Numbered from the stretch's first letter, positions 18,796 through 28,852 are shown. The stretch: DNA of 64,000 bases from an uncultured virus (IMG/VR IMGVR_UViG_3300014910_000001) (IMGVR_UViG_3300014910_000001), one strand, 5' to 3'. Notes: generated from the sequence alone by a model not told the origin. Made by a program: numbers and translations.

Positions 18796-19827
18796 ATGAA
18801 ACATCTGGCTCAAATAAAGACCGGCGCACTCCCGGCAGAATTAACGCAATTAACGCCGGAAGATATTGCTAATAACCTGCGGAGATTCATCGCAGATAAG
18901 GCCGCTTATTCCGAGAATACTTTCCGCGACCTTTTATCTGTCATCCGTCGCTGGGCCTTCTGGTGTAACGAGCGTGACGTTGGCTATCTGCCGATCGACC
19001 CTGAGCTGGCGCGGGAATACTTTCTGGATATGGCAGAAAGCGGCCTGGCATCGAGCACGATCGACAAGCACTATGCCATGATGAACATGTTATGCCGGGA
19101 AAGCGGCCTGCCAGATCTCCGGGGAAGCGTGGACCTGAAACGCTCAATGAAACGCATCCGCCGCGAGGCCGTTTTGCAGGGTGAGCGCACCGGCCAGGCT
19201 GTGCCATTTCGCCTTCCTGACCTGCAGCTGCTGTCGCACCTCATGGGCCGCTCCGAACGGCTGACCGATCAGCGCAACCTGGCATTCCTGTTTGTCGCCT
19301 ATAACACCCTCTGCCGAATGTCCGAGCTCAGCCGCATCCGGGTGCGTGATCTTGATATCAGCGACAGTGGCCATGTGGTGATTAACCTGTCACACACTAA
19401 AACGATGGTGACGGCCGCGGGCGTGATAAAGCACCTCAGCCGTGCCGCTGCCGGTCATCTGCTCCACTGGCTGGACCTTTCCGGGCTGATCCATCATCCG
19501 GATGCGATGGTTTTCGGGCCTGTCCGCCATAACAATACGGCTGGCGTATCTGAAAAGCCTATGTCGGCACCGGCGACCGAGAAGATTTTCAAAGACGCAT
19601 GGGATCTGCTGGGGAAAGACCCGGTACAGGATAACAAAGGCCGTTATACGAAATGGTCCGGTCACAGCGCCCGTGTTGGTGCAGCGATGGACATGGCCGA
19701 ACGCGACGCAACGATTACCCAAATCATGCAGGAAGGCACCTGGCAGGATCCGAAAACGGTCATGCGCTATCTGCGCCGCTCTGAAAGTCAGAAAGGCAAA
19801 ATGTCGGGGATACTGGACGGGGAATAG
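18796..19827 (+). CDS. cre: Cre-family tyrosine recombinase (Panto-like)
   Basis: 343 aa; AYNTLCRMSE, TKT, WSGHSARVGAA, W..PKTVMRY. Confidence 0.95.
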   Translation: MKHLAQIKTGALPAELTQLTPEDIANNLRRFIADKAAYSENTFRDLLSVIRRWAFWCNERDVGYLPIDPELAREYFLDMAESGLASSTIDKHYAMMNMLCRESGLPDLRGSVDLKRSMKRIRREAVLQGERTGQAVPFRLPDLQLLSHLMGRSERLTDQRNLAFLFVAYNTLCRMSELSRIRVRDLDISDSGHVVINLSHTKTMVTAAGVIKHLSRAAAGHLLHWLDLSGLIHHPDAMVFGPVRHNNTAGVSEKPMSAPATEKIFKDAWDLLGKDPVQDNKGRYTKWSGHSARVGAAMDMAERDATITQIMQEGTWQDPKTVMRYLRRSESQKGKMSGILDGE

Positions 19828-19920
19828 AGAATTAAGTTTATCGAAATCTAAGGAAATAATAATTGTAACGGTAAGGTTTATCCCCCACAATTCAGGCCGT
19901 CCCGCACCCTGCGATTACCG

Positions 19921-20253
19921 ATGGCCAGAGAAAAAATCTTACTGACACGAACGTTTACCGTTGAGGCCCACCAGCTGAACTTCACCGCCATCGAGCGCGG
20001 CGGAGTTGTGCTGGTGGAGTTCAGCGTTAATACCCTCTCTGAAGCCGTTCCGCTGCTGACCCTCGATAAACCCTGGCGCGACCGACACAGCGCCTGCTAT
20101 TACGTGGAAAACATCACCGACCGCGCCGCAAATAAACTACTGGAGTATTACAGAAGTGAATTTGCCGCGTTTGTTGGGCTGGTGGACGATGCTTTCACCC
20201 GGCAGGAAACCAACACCTTAAGCAGCCGGGAACGGCTCTTTGCGGGGAAATAA
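19921..20253 (+). CDS. Hypothetical protein
   Basis: ORF downstream of operator-like site 19844-19853. Confidence 0.6.
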   Translation: MAREKILLTRTFTVEAHQLNFTAIERGGVVLVEFSVNTLSEAVPLLTLDKPWRDRHSACYYVENITDRAANKLLEYYRSEFAAFVGLVDDAFTRQETNTLSSRERLFAGK

Positions 20254-20711
20254 TGTCTGTTACCGGCAACGTCGTTAACTTCTTCGTGGCAGTGGCTATG
20301 GCTCACGACGTCTCTAACCCTATCGGCACTTATTCCAACGGCTCCTACGTCGATTCCTGCACCGGCCAGTACTGGGGCGAGGAAATATTCCGGCATCCCA
20401 AAACCGTCGCATCCCTCGTTAAATACGGCGCAATCGAGTACGCACGCGATCCGGATCAGGGCGAAATCATTCGCTTTGAAGACCGGCGTGAAGTGCTCAG
20501 CGAGTTTGCGCGTGGCTATGCCGATGCAGAAGACGGTCAGTGTACGGAGGAAGGGGCGATTGATTCAGGCGTGCCGCATGCCTACCTGTCAGGCGCGCAA
20601 TTCTATCGCAAGCGCAACCGGCTGGGCGGCATGGCTTTCAGGCTCGATCAAGGGCGTGTGTGTCACGGCGTGGTGTGCGTGGATACGGGCGAGAAATGGA
20701 CTCAGGACTAA
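20253..20711 (+). CDS. Hypothetical protein
   Basis: TAATG coupling to upstream ORF. Confidence 0.65.
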   Translation: MSVTGNVVNFFVAVAMAHDVSNPIGTYSNGSYVDSCTGQYWGEEIFRHPKTVASLVKYGAIEYARDPDQGEIIRFEDRREVLSEFARGYADAEDGQCTEEGAIDSGVPHAYLSGAQFYRKRNRLGGMAFRLDQGRVCHGVVCVDTGEKWTQD

Positions 20712-20822
20712 AGAAAAAGGGAACCATCACTGGCTCCCTTATTCCGTTCAATCAATCAGGTTCAAACGTTAACCACTGGATGTAGGTATCCGAAATAAAC
20801 CATTGGCAAGGATAACAGAACT

Positions 20823-21314
20823 TTGAAGCGCCTTTTACCAAAACTTAAAATTTTTCGCGCCCGCTATCCGGAGACGGCCTCAGCTGTGCTGTTGCTGCTG
20901 AAAGATGAGCGTATCGCCACGCGCCGCCGCTTTACACGCGCCCTGCCTGACACGTCTACGCACGTCATCCGGGGAACGCTGCTGGACCTGCAGAAGAATG
21001 GGCTAATCACGCGGTCTATTGACAACGAGTACACGCTGGCAGTGTCTGCCGCGTATGCCACCAGCCTGATGCCCCTGAAGATGGGGAAGATTGAAGAATA
21101 CATTCTGATGCTGCTCAACCAGCACCGTTACATCACCGCCAGAAACGTGCGTCAGGAATTTGATGTAAGCCACTCTCTCTTCCTGCAGTCAGTTAAGAAA
21201 CTCATTGCCCGCGGGCTGGTGGAATACACAGACGTTCCTCTTTATGAAAACTCTGTCCGCAAGCGCCGCCATTACACCTTTAAATCACCGGAGAAAAGCC
21301 ATGCCACAAGTTAA
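20823..21314 (+). CDS. Tandem winged-helix DNA-binding protein (putative)
   Basis: Two wHTH-like repeats: LLDLQKNGLIT and VKKLIARGLVE. Confidence 0.55.
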   Translation: MKRLLPKLKIFRARYPETASAVLLLLKDERIATRRRFTRALPDTSTHVIRGTLLDLQKNGLITRSIDNEYTLAVSAAYATSLMPLKMGKIEEYILMLLNQHRYITARNVRQEFDVSHSLFLQSVKKLIARGLVEYTDVPLYENSVRKRRHYTFKSPEKSHATS

Positions 21315-21897
21315 GATCAAACGCCTAACCCCTGATGCAGTACTGCCGTTCCGTGGTTCAGACGGCGCTGCTGCGTGGGATATCACCGCGCTGGACGTGA
21401 AACTCAACGTTGTACAGACGCCAGGTGCGGCCCGCCAGCCGCGTGCATGGTGGATCACAACCGGGCTGGCCGTGGAGATCCCGGCAGGCTACTGCATGAA
21501 GATTTATCCCCGTTCCGGACTGGCGGCGAATAACTTCCTGCGCCTGGCAAACAACGTGGCCATCATCGACAGCGATTACCGTGGCGAGATCAAACTGCGC
21601 ATGATTGCCGATGAAGGTGGCGAGTTCATTGAGCCAAAAGCCGGAATGGTAATTGCGCAGGCAATGATCGAGAAAGTCGAGCCTGTCACCTGGAAAGAAG
21701 TCGATGAGCTGTCAGAAACCGTCCGGGGCGATAACGGCTTTGGCTCCTCTACATCGGTTCAGGCCGATCCGACGCCGACAGAGGACCATACGGCCACTAC
21801 CTCGGCAGAGTTGCAGGAGACAGCAGAAACTGAAGAGACAGCAGCGACCGATACCACCAGCAGCACCTCCACCAGCAAAAAGACCTCAACCAAATAA
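21301..21897 (+). CDS. dut: Trimeric dUTPase with T/S/E-rich tail
   Basis: AAAWDI, PRSGLA, IDSDYRGEI, IAQ, RGDNGFGSS; RBS GGAG before ATG 21301. Confidence 0.9.
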   Translation: MPQVKIKRLTPDAVLPFRGSDGAAAWDITALDVKLNVVQTPGAARQPRAWWITTGLAVEIPAGYCMKIYPRSGLAANNFLRLANNVAIIDSDYRGEIKLRMIADEGGEFIEPKAGMVIAQAMIEKVEPVTWKEVDELSETVRGDNGFGSSTSVQADPTPTEDHTATTSAELQETAETEETAATDTTSSTSTSKKTSTK

Positions 21898-21906
21898 GGC
21901 CCGATC

Positions 21907-22701
21907 ATGACCAGATACATTATCAATAAAGAAACCGCGATTGAGCTGAACGATAAGGGCGAGATCCTTCCGCAAGATGTGGAGATTGCGCTGTTGGGCG
22001 CGCTGGGTTTTGAGCTGCAGAACGTTGAAGGCGTGACAGTGTGGGTTAACAAAAACGATCGCTTCTGGCTGTTACACCAGCAAGAACTGCCGGAAGATGC
22101 CGTCAGCCGCCAGGATGCTGTGAACTCTATCAACGAGAAAACCGGCGCATTGCCCCTCGCGCCGACGCTTGATAACAGCTTTGCGCAACTACTCATGCGT
22201 CAGATCGCCATGAATGCGACTGGCGAGGCGTTTGTGGACGGTTCGCTGGCGGGCTCATGGCGCGTGGAGACAATCAGCCGCTTCAGGCCATATGACGTGA
22301 AACTACACGGCTTGCTGGCCGGTAAGTTACAGCCAATGAGCGTGTCACACCCCTCACTGCCACTGGCAGTTTGCCTCCTGTTTCTTCAGGCAATCGGTGT
22401 TGGCCAGCGTGCTTATGTGTACATCCCGGACGGCGCAGAAGCAGAGCCGCAACTGCTCTACATTACCCCGGAGAATGAAATTGGCCTGAAGCAGCTGGTG
22501 CCGGAAACGAACCTGTTCCGTGTTGAAGGCCTCGATAAATACGCGGTTGTTGGGCTGGATGAAGACATGGTGAAAGAGGCTACCGAAAAGGCGCAACTAC
22601 AGCGCACTATCCTGCTGGCAAAGATGAAAGCCGACGTCCCACAGCCTGAGCCGGAGCTGGTGGCCACAGCGGCAACGGCAGAACCGCAGAAAGCGGAATA
22701 A
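21907..22701 (+). CDS. Hypothetical protein
   Basis: 264-aa ORF in operon, phage-like codon use. Confidence 0.7.
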   Translation: MTRYIINKETAIELNDKGEILPQDVEIALLGALGFELQNVEGVTVWVNKNDRFWLLHQQELPEDAVSRQDAVNSINEKTGALPLAPTLDNSFAQLLMRQIAMNATGEAFVDGSLAGSWRVETISRFRPYDVKLHGLLAGKLQPMSVSHPSLPLAVCLLFLQAIGVGQRAYVYIPDGAEAEPQLLYITPENEIGLKQLVPETNLFRVEGLDKYAVVGLDEDMVKEATEKAQLQRTILLAKMKADVPQPEPELVATAATAEPQKAE

Positions 22702-22791
22702 AAGGCGTTAATACCTGCCAGAATTAGCAGGTTAAAGTGTTTCAGGCTGGCGCTGAAATAGCTTGTATAAATCTAAGGGTTTGGTAATTTA

Positions 22792-22864
22792 CATAGCGAA
22801 TTTTTCTTGCTTGATGTTGCCATTAGTCTTTGCTCTCCAAAGCCCCTTAACCGGGGCTTTTTTT
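22792..22864 (+). ncRNA. Putative ~70-nt sRNA under operator-controlled promoter
   Basis: TTGTAT..TAATTT promoter containing AAATCTAAGG; no ORF; ends in AAAGCCCC-TTAACC-GGGGCTTTTTTT. Confidence 0.5.
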
Positions 22865-23092
22865 ATGCCTGCTAATGACACTGAGCCAATCTGAGTTGCG
22901 CACCCAAGAAATACTAAGGTAAATGGATAGTACTGATTCTTTTATAACTATTTCGTAGTATTCTCTAGCCTTGTTTAATGCTCATAGCTATAGGTTCGAT
23001 ACGTTAATCTACGGAAGGCTATGCATTTCCTGGCTGAAGATAATCAATAAGCTATAAATCTTCTTGAAGTAGCTGGGATAATTTTATTTTAA

Positions 23093-23764
23093 ATGGCTTT
23101 AATAGCGCAAAGGCGGGGTGTCAACATGCAACAGTATCTAAGTCTTATTTTTTCATCAATGCCCATAAACGCATTGGTTGTATTGCCGGTTCTTTTCTTA
23201 AAGATTGATAAACGTGAAAAAATAGGACTTGCCATTCGTTTGTATATTCTTTCTATTTTTTTAATTGCTTCATTGGTTACAATAGCAAGTAATTGCGACA
23301 GCCATTTCCCGTCACTTCCAGTATGGGCGATGTTATTATCTGTTATTCTGTTTGGGATTGCGCTGGTTAACTATGTTAAATACTCTCGTAACTTATTGAA
23401 TAAATGGAAAAGACGGGCCTTAGTCTTAGCTTCCTTTTTAATTTTATTCGCTACAAGGGCAAGTGTTTCCGATTTTAGTTATGGAATGAGCACCTTTACT
23501 ATGGTGTGGTACGGTACTTTTATTTTTGCTTTTCTCCTTGCCTACATAGGAACCTCTGATGTGGATAAATTGGATTCATTATCCGCTGGCTTAACGAGCG
23601 CAACTTCACAAGGTAGAGTAGATAAAAGCTATGCCCCACAACATGAGATAGATCACGACGTAAATATCAAAGGTAAGGATGTACTGAACGATCCAAGTGC
23701 CAGCCTTATTGAGCGGCAGCGGTATAGCGATGCAATAAAGAAAAAAGAGAATCAAGAAGACTAA
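23093..23764 (+). CDS. AT-rich multi-pass membrane protein
   Basis: About five hydrophobic segments, soluble C-tail, low GC. Confidence 0.7.
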   Translation: MALIAQRRGVNMQQYLSLIFSSMPINALVVLPVLFLKIDKREKIGLAIRLYILSIFLIASLVTIASNCDSHFPSLPVWAMLLSVILFGIALVNYVKYSRNLLNKWKRRALVLASFLILFATRASVSDFSYGMSTFTMVWYGTFIFAFLLAYIGTSDVDKLDSLSAGLTSATSQGRVDKSYAPQHEIDHDVNIKGKDVLNDPSASLIERQRYSDAIKKKENQED

Positions 23765-23948
23765 ACGTCAACGGTTTTGATAGCTGTGAAAAAGATAAAT
23801 GCATTTTGCATTTATCTTTTCTACTTCGATTTTACATACTGCTTTTCACTCATAGCGGACATTGGCTTGTACATCTGAGCATTTCCACCTGCTGCGTCAT
23901 ATACTCATTTCAGGAGCTGTATAACGTTGATCAGAATGGAGCATTGCA

Positions 23949-24326
23949 ATGGCCTTTCAGAGCCCCGCCCAAAATTACACTGAAACGCGCCTGAGCCTGG
24001 GCGATCTGGTTTATCTTTCCCCTTACTCAACCTATCTGATGCGCAGCGAGTCCGACTGCCCTAGCGCCGGGATCGTCAAAGGGTCCGTGCTGGCCATCGA
24101 TCGCGCCCTGACGCCGGCGCACGGCCAGCTTATCGTGGCGGAGTTTGACGGCGAGCTGACGCTAAGGCGGTTACTGCTCAATCCGGTTCCCGCTCTACAA
24201 GCGCTGGATGCGGACGAGACTGTAACGCTGCTCGATGTGAGCCAGGTGCTTCCTGTGTGGGGTGTAGTGGCTTATGCCTTAACGGATGTGGCCGGGATCG
24301 GCTTTAACGGACCCGCTGGAGAGTAA
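23949..24326 (+). CDS. humD: HumD-like pre-cleaved UmuD' analogue
   Basis: Starts MAFQSPA (at the UmuD cleavage site); GDSM serine motif replaced by ESDC, catalytic Lys by Arg (ELTLRRL). Confidence 0.75.
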   Translation: MAFQSPAQNYTETRLSLGDLVYLSPYSTYLMRSESDCPSAGIVKGSVLAIDRALTPAHGQLIVAEFDGELTLRRLLLNPVPALQALDADETVTLLDVSQVLPVWGVVAYALTDVAGIGFNGPAGE

Positions 24327-24328
24327 GC

Positions 24329-25591
24329 ATGTTCGCGCTGGCCGATGCCAATAACTTTTATGCCTCCTGTGAAACCGTGTTCAGGCCCGATCTGCGCGGT
24401 AAGCCCATTGTCGTCGTTTCGAACAATGACGGCTGTGTGATCGCACGTTCGGCGGAGGCAAAGCGCCTGGGGATCAAGATGGCGGCGCCGCTGTTTCTGA
24501 ATGAGCATTTTTTCAGACAGAATGGCGTGCATGTGTTCAGTTCCAATTACGAGCTGTACGGCGATCTATCTGCACGCATGATGGCCATCCTGGGAGAGAT
24601 GGCGGCTGGACAGGAGGTTTACTCCATAGATGAGTCATTTCTGGACGTCACCGGCATTAGCAATGTGATCCCCCTTGAGACGTTCGGACAACAGATGCGT
24701 GAGCGCGTCCGGCGTGAAACCGGGCTGATTATCGGCGTAGGATTTGGCCCAACGAAGACGCTGGCCAAATTAGCTAACAATGCTGCGAAGAAATGGACGC
24801 AAACAAAAGGCGTGGTTGATCTGTCGAGCCGAACCCGGCAGCGAAAACTACTGCACCTGACCGACGTCAGCGATATATGGGGTATCGGCCCGCGCATTAC
24901 CAAGCACATGTATCAGCTGGGTATCAATACGGCTTTACAGCTTGCTGACAGCAACATCAGCATGATCCGGAAAAACTTTGACGTCATCGTTGAGCGCACT
25001 ACCCGCGAGCTCAATGGTGAATCCTGCATAGCACTTGAAGATGCCCCGCCGCCAAAGCAGAACATTTTAAACTCGCGGTCATTTGGGGAGAGGATCACAG
25101 AGCTGGAGGACATGAAGCAGGCCATAGTGCTGTATGCCACCCGTGCAGCAGAAAAGCTAAGAGAGCAGCACTCGTGTTGCCGTCATATTGGCGTGTCGAT
25201 CGCCACCGCCAGGCACTCGGATGATCCGCAGTATTCGAATACTGCGTCATGTGTCTGCGACTATCCCACCAGCGACACGCGGGACATTATCGAATCTGCC
25301 CTGCGCGGTCTTAACACCATCTGGCGGGACGGTTATCGGTATGCCAAAGCAGGCGTCATGCTGGGGGATTTTTACCAGTCAGGCGTGGCGCAATTTGACA
25401 TGTTCAGTGAGCAGCAGCCGCGTGCAAATGCTGACGCATTAATGGCAGCGCTGGACGGTATCAATCGCTCAGGAAGAGGTAAGGTATTTTTTGCAGGACA
25501 GGGAGAGCGCGACAGTCCGTGGCAGATGAAAAGGGAAATGCTGTCGCCGCGCTACACCACGAGATTAAAAGATATTCCAAGAATCAAGTGA
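24329..25591 (+). CDS. umuC: Y-family DNA polymerase V catalytic subunit
   Basis: DANNFYASCE, SNNDGC, YSIDESF, MKREMLSPRYTT. Confidence 0.95.
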   Translation: MFALADANNFYASCETVFRPDLRGKPIVVVSNNDGCVIARSAEAKRLGIKMAAPLFLNEHFFRQNGVHVFSSNYELYGDLSARMMAILGEMAAGQEVYSIDESFLDVTGISNVIPLETFGQQMRERVRRETGLIIGVGFGPTKTLAKLANNAAKKWTQTKGVVDLSSRTRQRKLLHLTDVSDIWGIGPRITKHMYQLGINTALQLADSNISMIRKNFDVIVERTTRELNGESCIALEDAPPPKQNILNSRSFGERITELEDMKQAIVLYATRAAEKLREQHSCCRHIGVSIATARHSDDPQYSNTASCVCDYPTSDTRDIIESALRGLNTIWRDGYRYAKAGVMLGDFYQSGVAQFDMFSEQQPRANADALMAALDGINRSGRGKVFFAGQGERDSPWQMKREMLSPRYTTRLKDIPRIK

Positions 25592-25688
25592 GTCGTTTAT
25601 GACCAATCCCTGTCAATTATCTTTAAAGTCAGGTTGGCTTACTCGCGTAAAGTAATTATATTAGAGAGGCTTATGGATAAACTTTCTT

Positions 25689-25853
25689 TCAGTGTACATA
25701 AAAGGGATTGACGCCACCATAATTAAATCCAGGCATAATGCTCTCCTTCTCATTCGTTAATGATTCGACCGCTTTTTACTCAACAACCATACCGGCTGTG
25801 CATACTGAAAAAGCAATATAACTGTATGAATAAACATTTGTTTATATACAGTA
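25689..25853 (-). pseudogene. Remnant of colicin A-type bacteriocin gene with tandem LexA boxes
   Basis: Minus strand TACTGTATATAAACAAATGTTTATTCATACAGTT, RBS AAGGAGAG, ORF MPGFNYGGVNPFYVH* (25736-25689). Confidence 0.7.
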
Positions 25854-25964
25854 ATTCGATCTTATTCCTTGAAGTGGAAGACGTCAACCCTGCGTGATAA
25901 AAAAGTTATGCTTATGTTAATCACTTTGGTGCATGGCAACTTTTTGCTAATCAGGCACCGTGCC

Positions 25965-26306
25965 TTACTGATTACAGTGAACGTTATATGCTTCTGGCAA
26001 CCCAGTTAACTTCCGTCCGACTCGGTTAATTAATCCTCGGAGTTGGTTAACTTCTTCGCGTAGTGCATCGCGCTCCTTCTCTGCATCCACCAGCCGCTGT
26101 GAGAGCATCATCAGGCCGTTATGGTGTGAGTATGCCGCCAGCTGGGCTTCTGCTTCATTCAGCTGCGCCTGCTGTACGCTCCTCTGCTGCACATGCGTTT
26201 CGATAAACATATCCGCAGCAGCATCCGGATCGCCTTTAAACGTCACCCTGCCCTTATTCACTGTAAGCTGCGCCCGCGTGCCGTCCGAGCCGCAGGACAA
26301 CACCAT
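25965..26306 (-). CDS. Hypothetical phage coiled-coil protein, probably 5'-truncated
   Basis: LSQRLVDAEKERDALREEVNQL coiled coil; no clear RBS. Confidence 0.4.
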   Translation of the reverse strand: MVLSCGSDGTRAQLTVNKGRVTFKGDPDAAADMFIETHVQQRSVQQAQLNEAEAQLAAYSHHNGLMMLSQRLVDAEKERDALREEVNQLRGLINRVGRKLTGLPEAYNVHCNQ

Positions 26307-26319
26307 CAGCGGCGCCGGT

Positions 26320-26601
26320 ATAATCGGCAAAGAAAATGCTACGCCGGCGTTCAGGGTCAATGCGCCGGCGATCGCTGTTTCTGGCAATGCAGAAGTAGAC
26401 GGCGAAATGCGCCAACGTATGCTGGCCGTGCTGGAGCTGGAGCGTGTCACACGGATCAATACAGTGCTGCGTGTGCAGTCGTTCGGGGTCGCCCCGGATT
26501 GAGTGCAGTCAGGTGCTGGCTCTGTTAAACCGGAAAGCCTGGCAACCGCGCTATATGAGGCACTGGCGACAAAGAAACGCCTTACGCTGGTGGGTGTATA
26601 G
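26320..26601 (+). pseudogene. Decayed paralogue of the adjacent GNAT-like gene
   Basis: VDGEMRQRMLAVLELER...*...LATALYEALATKKRLTL aligns with VNGELRHMSVAMLELAR...LATRLYETLVVKKNLTL; TGA at 26500. Confidence 0.65.
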
Positions 26602-26808
26602 TTTGGATTGCACTTGTAATGCGTATGCAAAGACAAAAAGGAAACATAAAAAAACGCATTAATGTACGCAAAAAAGTGAACATAAAACATGACATTAAGT
26701 TACGCAAAAAGTTATGCAAAAGCACTTTATGCAGTACAAATCGGCTGTCGGTTTGCTATTGTCAATTTCAATAGGATACTCCTAAACAAAATTCAGGATT
26801 GAATTGAA

Positions 26809-27450
26809 ATGCCAGTACTCAACATGGGGGACTCTAATATGTCCGTAATGCCTTTGGCATACAGCCCGAGCACAATTCAGCGTCGTTTTGAAATCTTAGA
26901 TGAGCTTGCCATTGGTGGCGAGACTTATTGGATTGCTTTCGACAGCAAAACGCCTTTTGCCGCAGTCATTAATGCCAGCCCGTCTGATGTTAATGGTGAG
27001 CTGCGTCACATGTCTGTTGCTATGCTTGAACTGGCACGCCCTGCGAGTTTTGATGGTGTTTTGAGCGTTAAAAATTTCTGGGCCGATACTGATGCTATCC
27101 AGGTTGAGGGTGTTGTGGTAGATGGAGCTGTGCAGGACGTTGGTTTAGCAACTCGTCTCTATGAGACGCTCGTTGTGAAAAAGAACCTCACACTCATGAG
27201 TGATAACAACCACTATGCGGGTGGCAAGGCTTTGTGGAAACGTATTGCTGCCAAATCAAAAGAGCTTATCGTTTTCGTATTTGATACCGATGAAGGTAAG
27301 TTTTACCCCTACGATGGTGAGCGTGTTCAGTATGATGGTGTTGTCATTCCTGACGATAAAATCTGGAGTGTTCATCCTGATACAAGCCGCTACGGTGTAA
27401 TTCTGGTAGCTGAAGATGCGCAGCGCTATCCTCAAATGGTAGCTGCATAA
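26809..27450 (+). CDS. GNAT-like acetyltransferase (putative)
   Basis: QDVGLATRLY (motif A-like) and SDNNHYAGGKALWKR; terminator hairpin 27451-27479. Confidence 0.6.
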   Translation: MPVLNMGDSNMSVMPLAYSPSTIQRRFEILDELAIGGETYWIAFDSKTPFAAVINASPSDVNGELRHMSVAMLELARPASFDGVLSVKNFWADTDAIQVEGVVVDGAVQDVGLATRLYETLVVKKNLTLMSDNNHYAGGKALWKRIAAKSKELIVFVFDTDEGKFYPYDGERVQYDGVVIPDDKIWSVHPDTSRYGVILVAEDAQRYPQMVAA

Positions 27451-27794
27451 AAGGGGGCCGCGAAATGCGGCCCTTTTTGTATCTTAATCAGCACTACTCT
27501 CCCGCAAAACGTATCACCGCATTTGCTGCAATACTACCGCGTGTCGTAGTTCTCCCGCGCCCTGTGCCGCTTATGTCGATTGAGGTGTGCCGCCCGAGCC
27601 GCTATTCGATATCCACACTGTGTGGCTTACGCTGCGCGTGTTTGAGGTTCCCTGCTCATAGACAGCCCTGTTGCTCTTGACGCTTACTTCTGAGCCGTAG
27701 TGCGGACATTGAATCCTGATTTCCATTTTCAGCCGTTGTGATTTGCCTAAATTGATAACCGGCCACCAGCAAGATAGCTGGTGGCTATTAAACA

Positions 27795-28772
27795 TCAGGA
27801 CGATGTACCAGTACGTTTTTCTTCATCCGTCAGATAGCGCACCTTCCTTGTGTAATCCTGACCGCGAAACAGTAGCGGCTGATCGGGATTATCCAGATAT
27901 TTCTGCCATTCGCTTAACGGGAAGCCACCGTGAGCGCCTATCACTTCTTTTGGGATAACAGACGGCGTGCCACCAATCTTTTTGGATACCGGCCAGTTAG
28001 TCCAGTCACCCAGGTTCACCGTCTGATAGTCCAGGGTGTCCAGTGCGGCTGACAGCGGCGGCTGATCCGTAGGTGGCTGATCATCCGGTAGCGTCGTCCA
28101 GGTGTCATTAAACAGGTCAACCCACAACGGGCAAAGTCTCTGCCATGTGAAGTAGGTAGCCGCCAGGAACGCGCTGTTAACGTGCTCCTCCAGACCAGGG
28201 CGCACGCTGTTTGCGTAGTACGCTGGTACATCCTGATAACCGCGTTTCTCAAACTTCGCGCCCATACGTCCGTTACGGAAGCATGAGTACAGGCTGAATT
28301 TCTCCAGCTGGTAGTTCGGCATTTTCAGAAGGTTTAAATCAGAGTCGATCATCAGTACGCCGGTCGAGTCCGGGCTGGCTGACAATGGAGCCTGCATTTT
28401 CAAAAGACGGCTTTTGTAGATCTGCGCATAGCGGTGTTCAGGGTTCGGGATCTGAATATCCAGGGTCACTACCCTCGCCTTTTCCGGCAGATCAGTGAAT
28501 GCGGTCGCAGGCTGATCGGTCACGATAACAATTTCGCGCAACTCTGGCGCATAACGTGCTGCGAACGTGGCGCTAAGAATGGCCTCTTCAATAAAGTCAG
28601 CGCCTACAGTTGGAATAACAACGCTGGATATATCATTGCGGCTATTGCTGCCCGCAACCTGCGCGTAAGGGATATTGTGCCGAGAGGTAATACGGCGATA
28701 GTCCTTTGAGAACCGTTTTAAAAAATTCATTACAAGTCCGTTGTCATAGCGAAATGCCAGTGTTAAGACCAT
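27795..28772 (-). CDS. GT-A fold glycosyltransferase (GT8-like)
   Basis: SRLLK, MIDSDL (DxD), VNSAFL, TDQPPL motifs. Confidence 0.75.
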   Translation of the reverse strand: MVLTLAFRYDNGLVMNFLKRFSKDYRRITSRHNIPYAQVAGSNSRNDISSVVIPTVGADFIEEAILSATFAARYAPELREIVIVTDQPATAFTDLPEKARVVTLDIQIPNPEHRYAQIYKSRLLKMQAPLSASPDSTGVLMIDSDLNLLKMPNYQLEKFSLYSCFRNGRMGAKFEKRGYQDVPAYYANSVRPGLEEHVNSAFLAATYFTWQRLCPLWVDLFNDTWTTLPDDQPPTDQPPLSAALDTLDYQTVNLGDWTNWPVSKKIGGTPSVIPKEVIGAHGGFPLSEWQKYLDNPDQPLLFRGQDYTRKVRYLTDEEKRTGTSS

Positions 28773-28852
28773 TTAACTTAATGGCTCGTTAACTCTCAAG
28801 TTTTGGCTGGTCGTTTGTTTATTGTTTAACCGATATATGATTCAGCTGGCTC

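Noticed and set aside
23915..23935. LexA box before humD
   Set aside because: CTG and CAG are 12 nt apart, not 10
27571..27730. Ogr/Delta zinc-finger gene
   Set aside because: Only a CPHYGS relic; other cysteines missing, too weak to call
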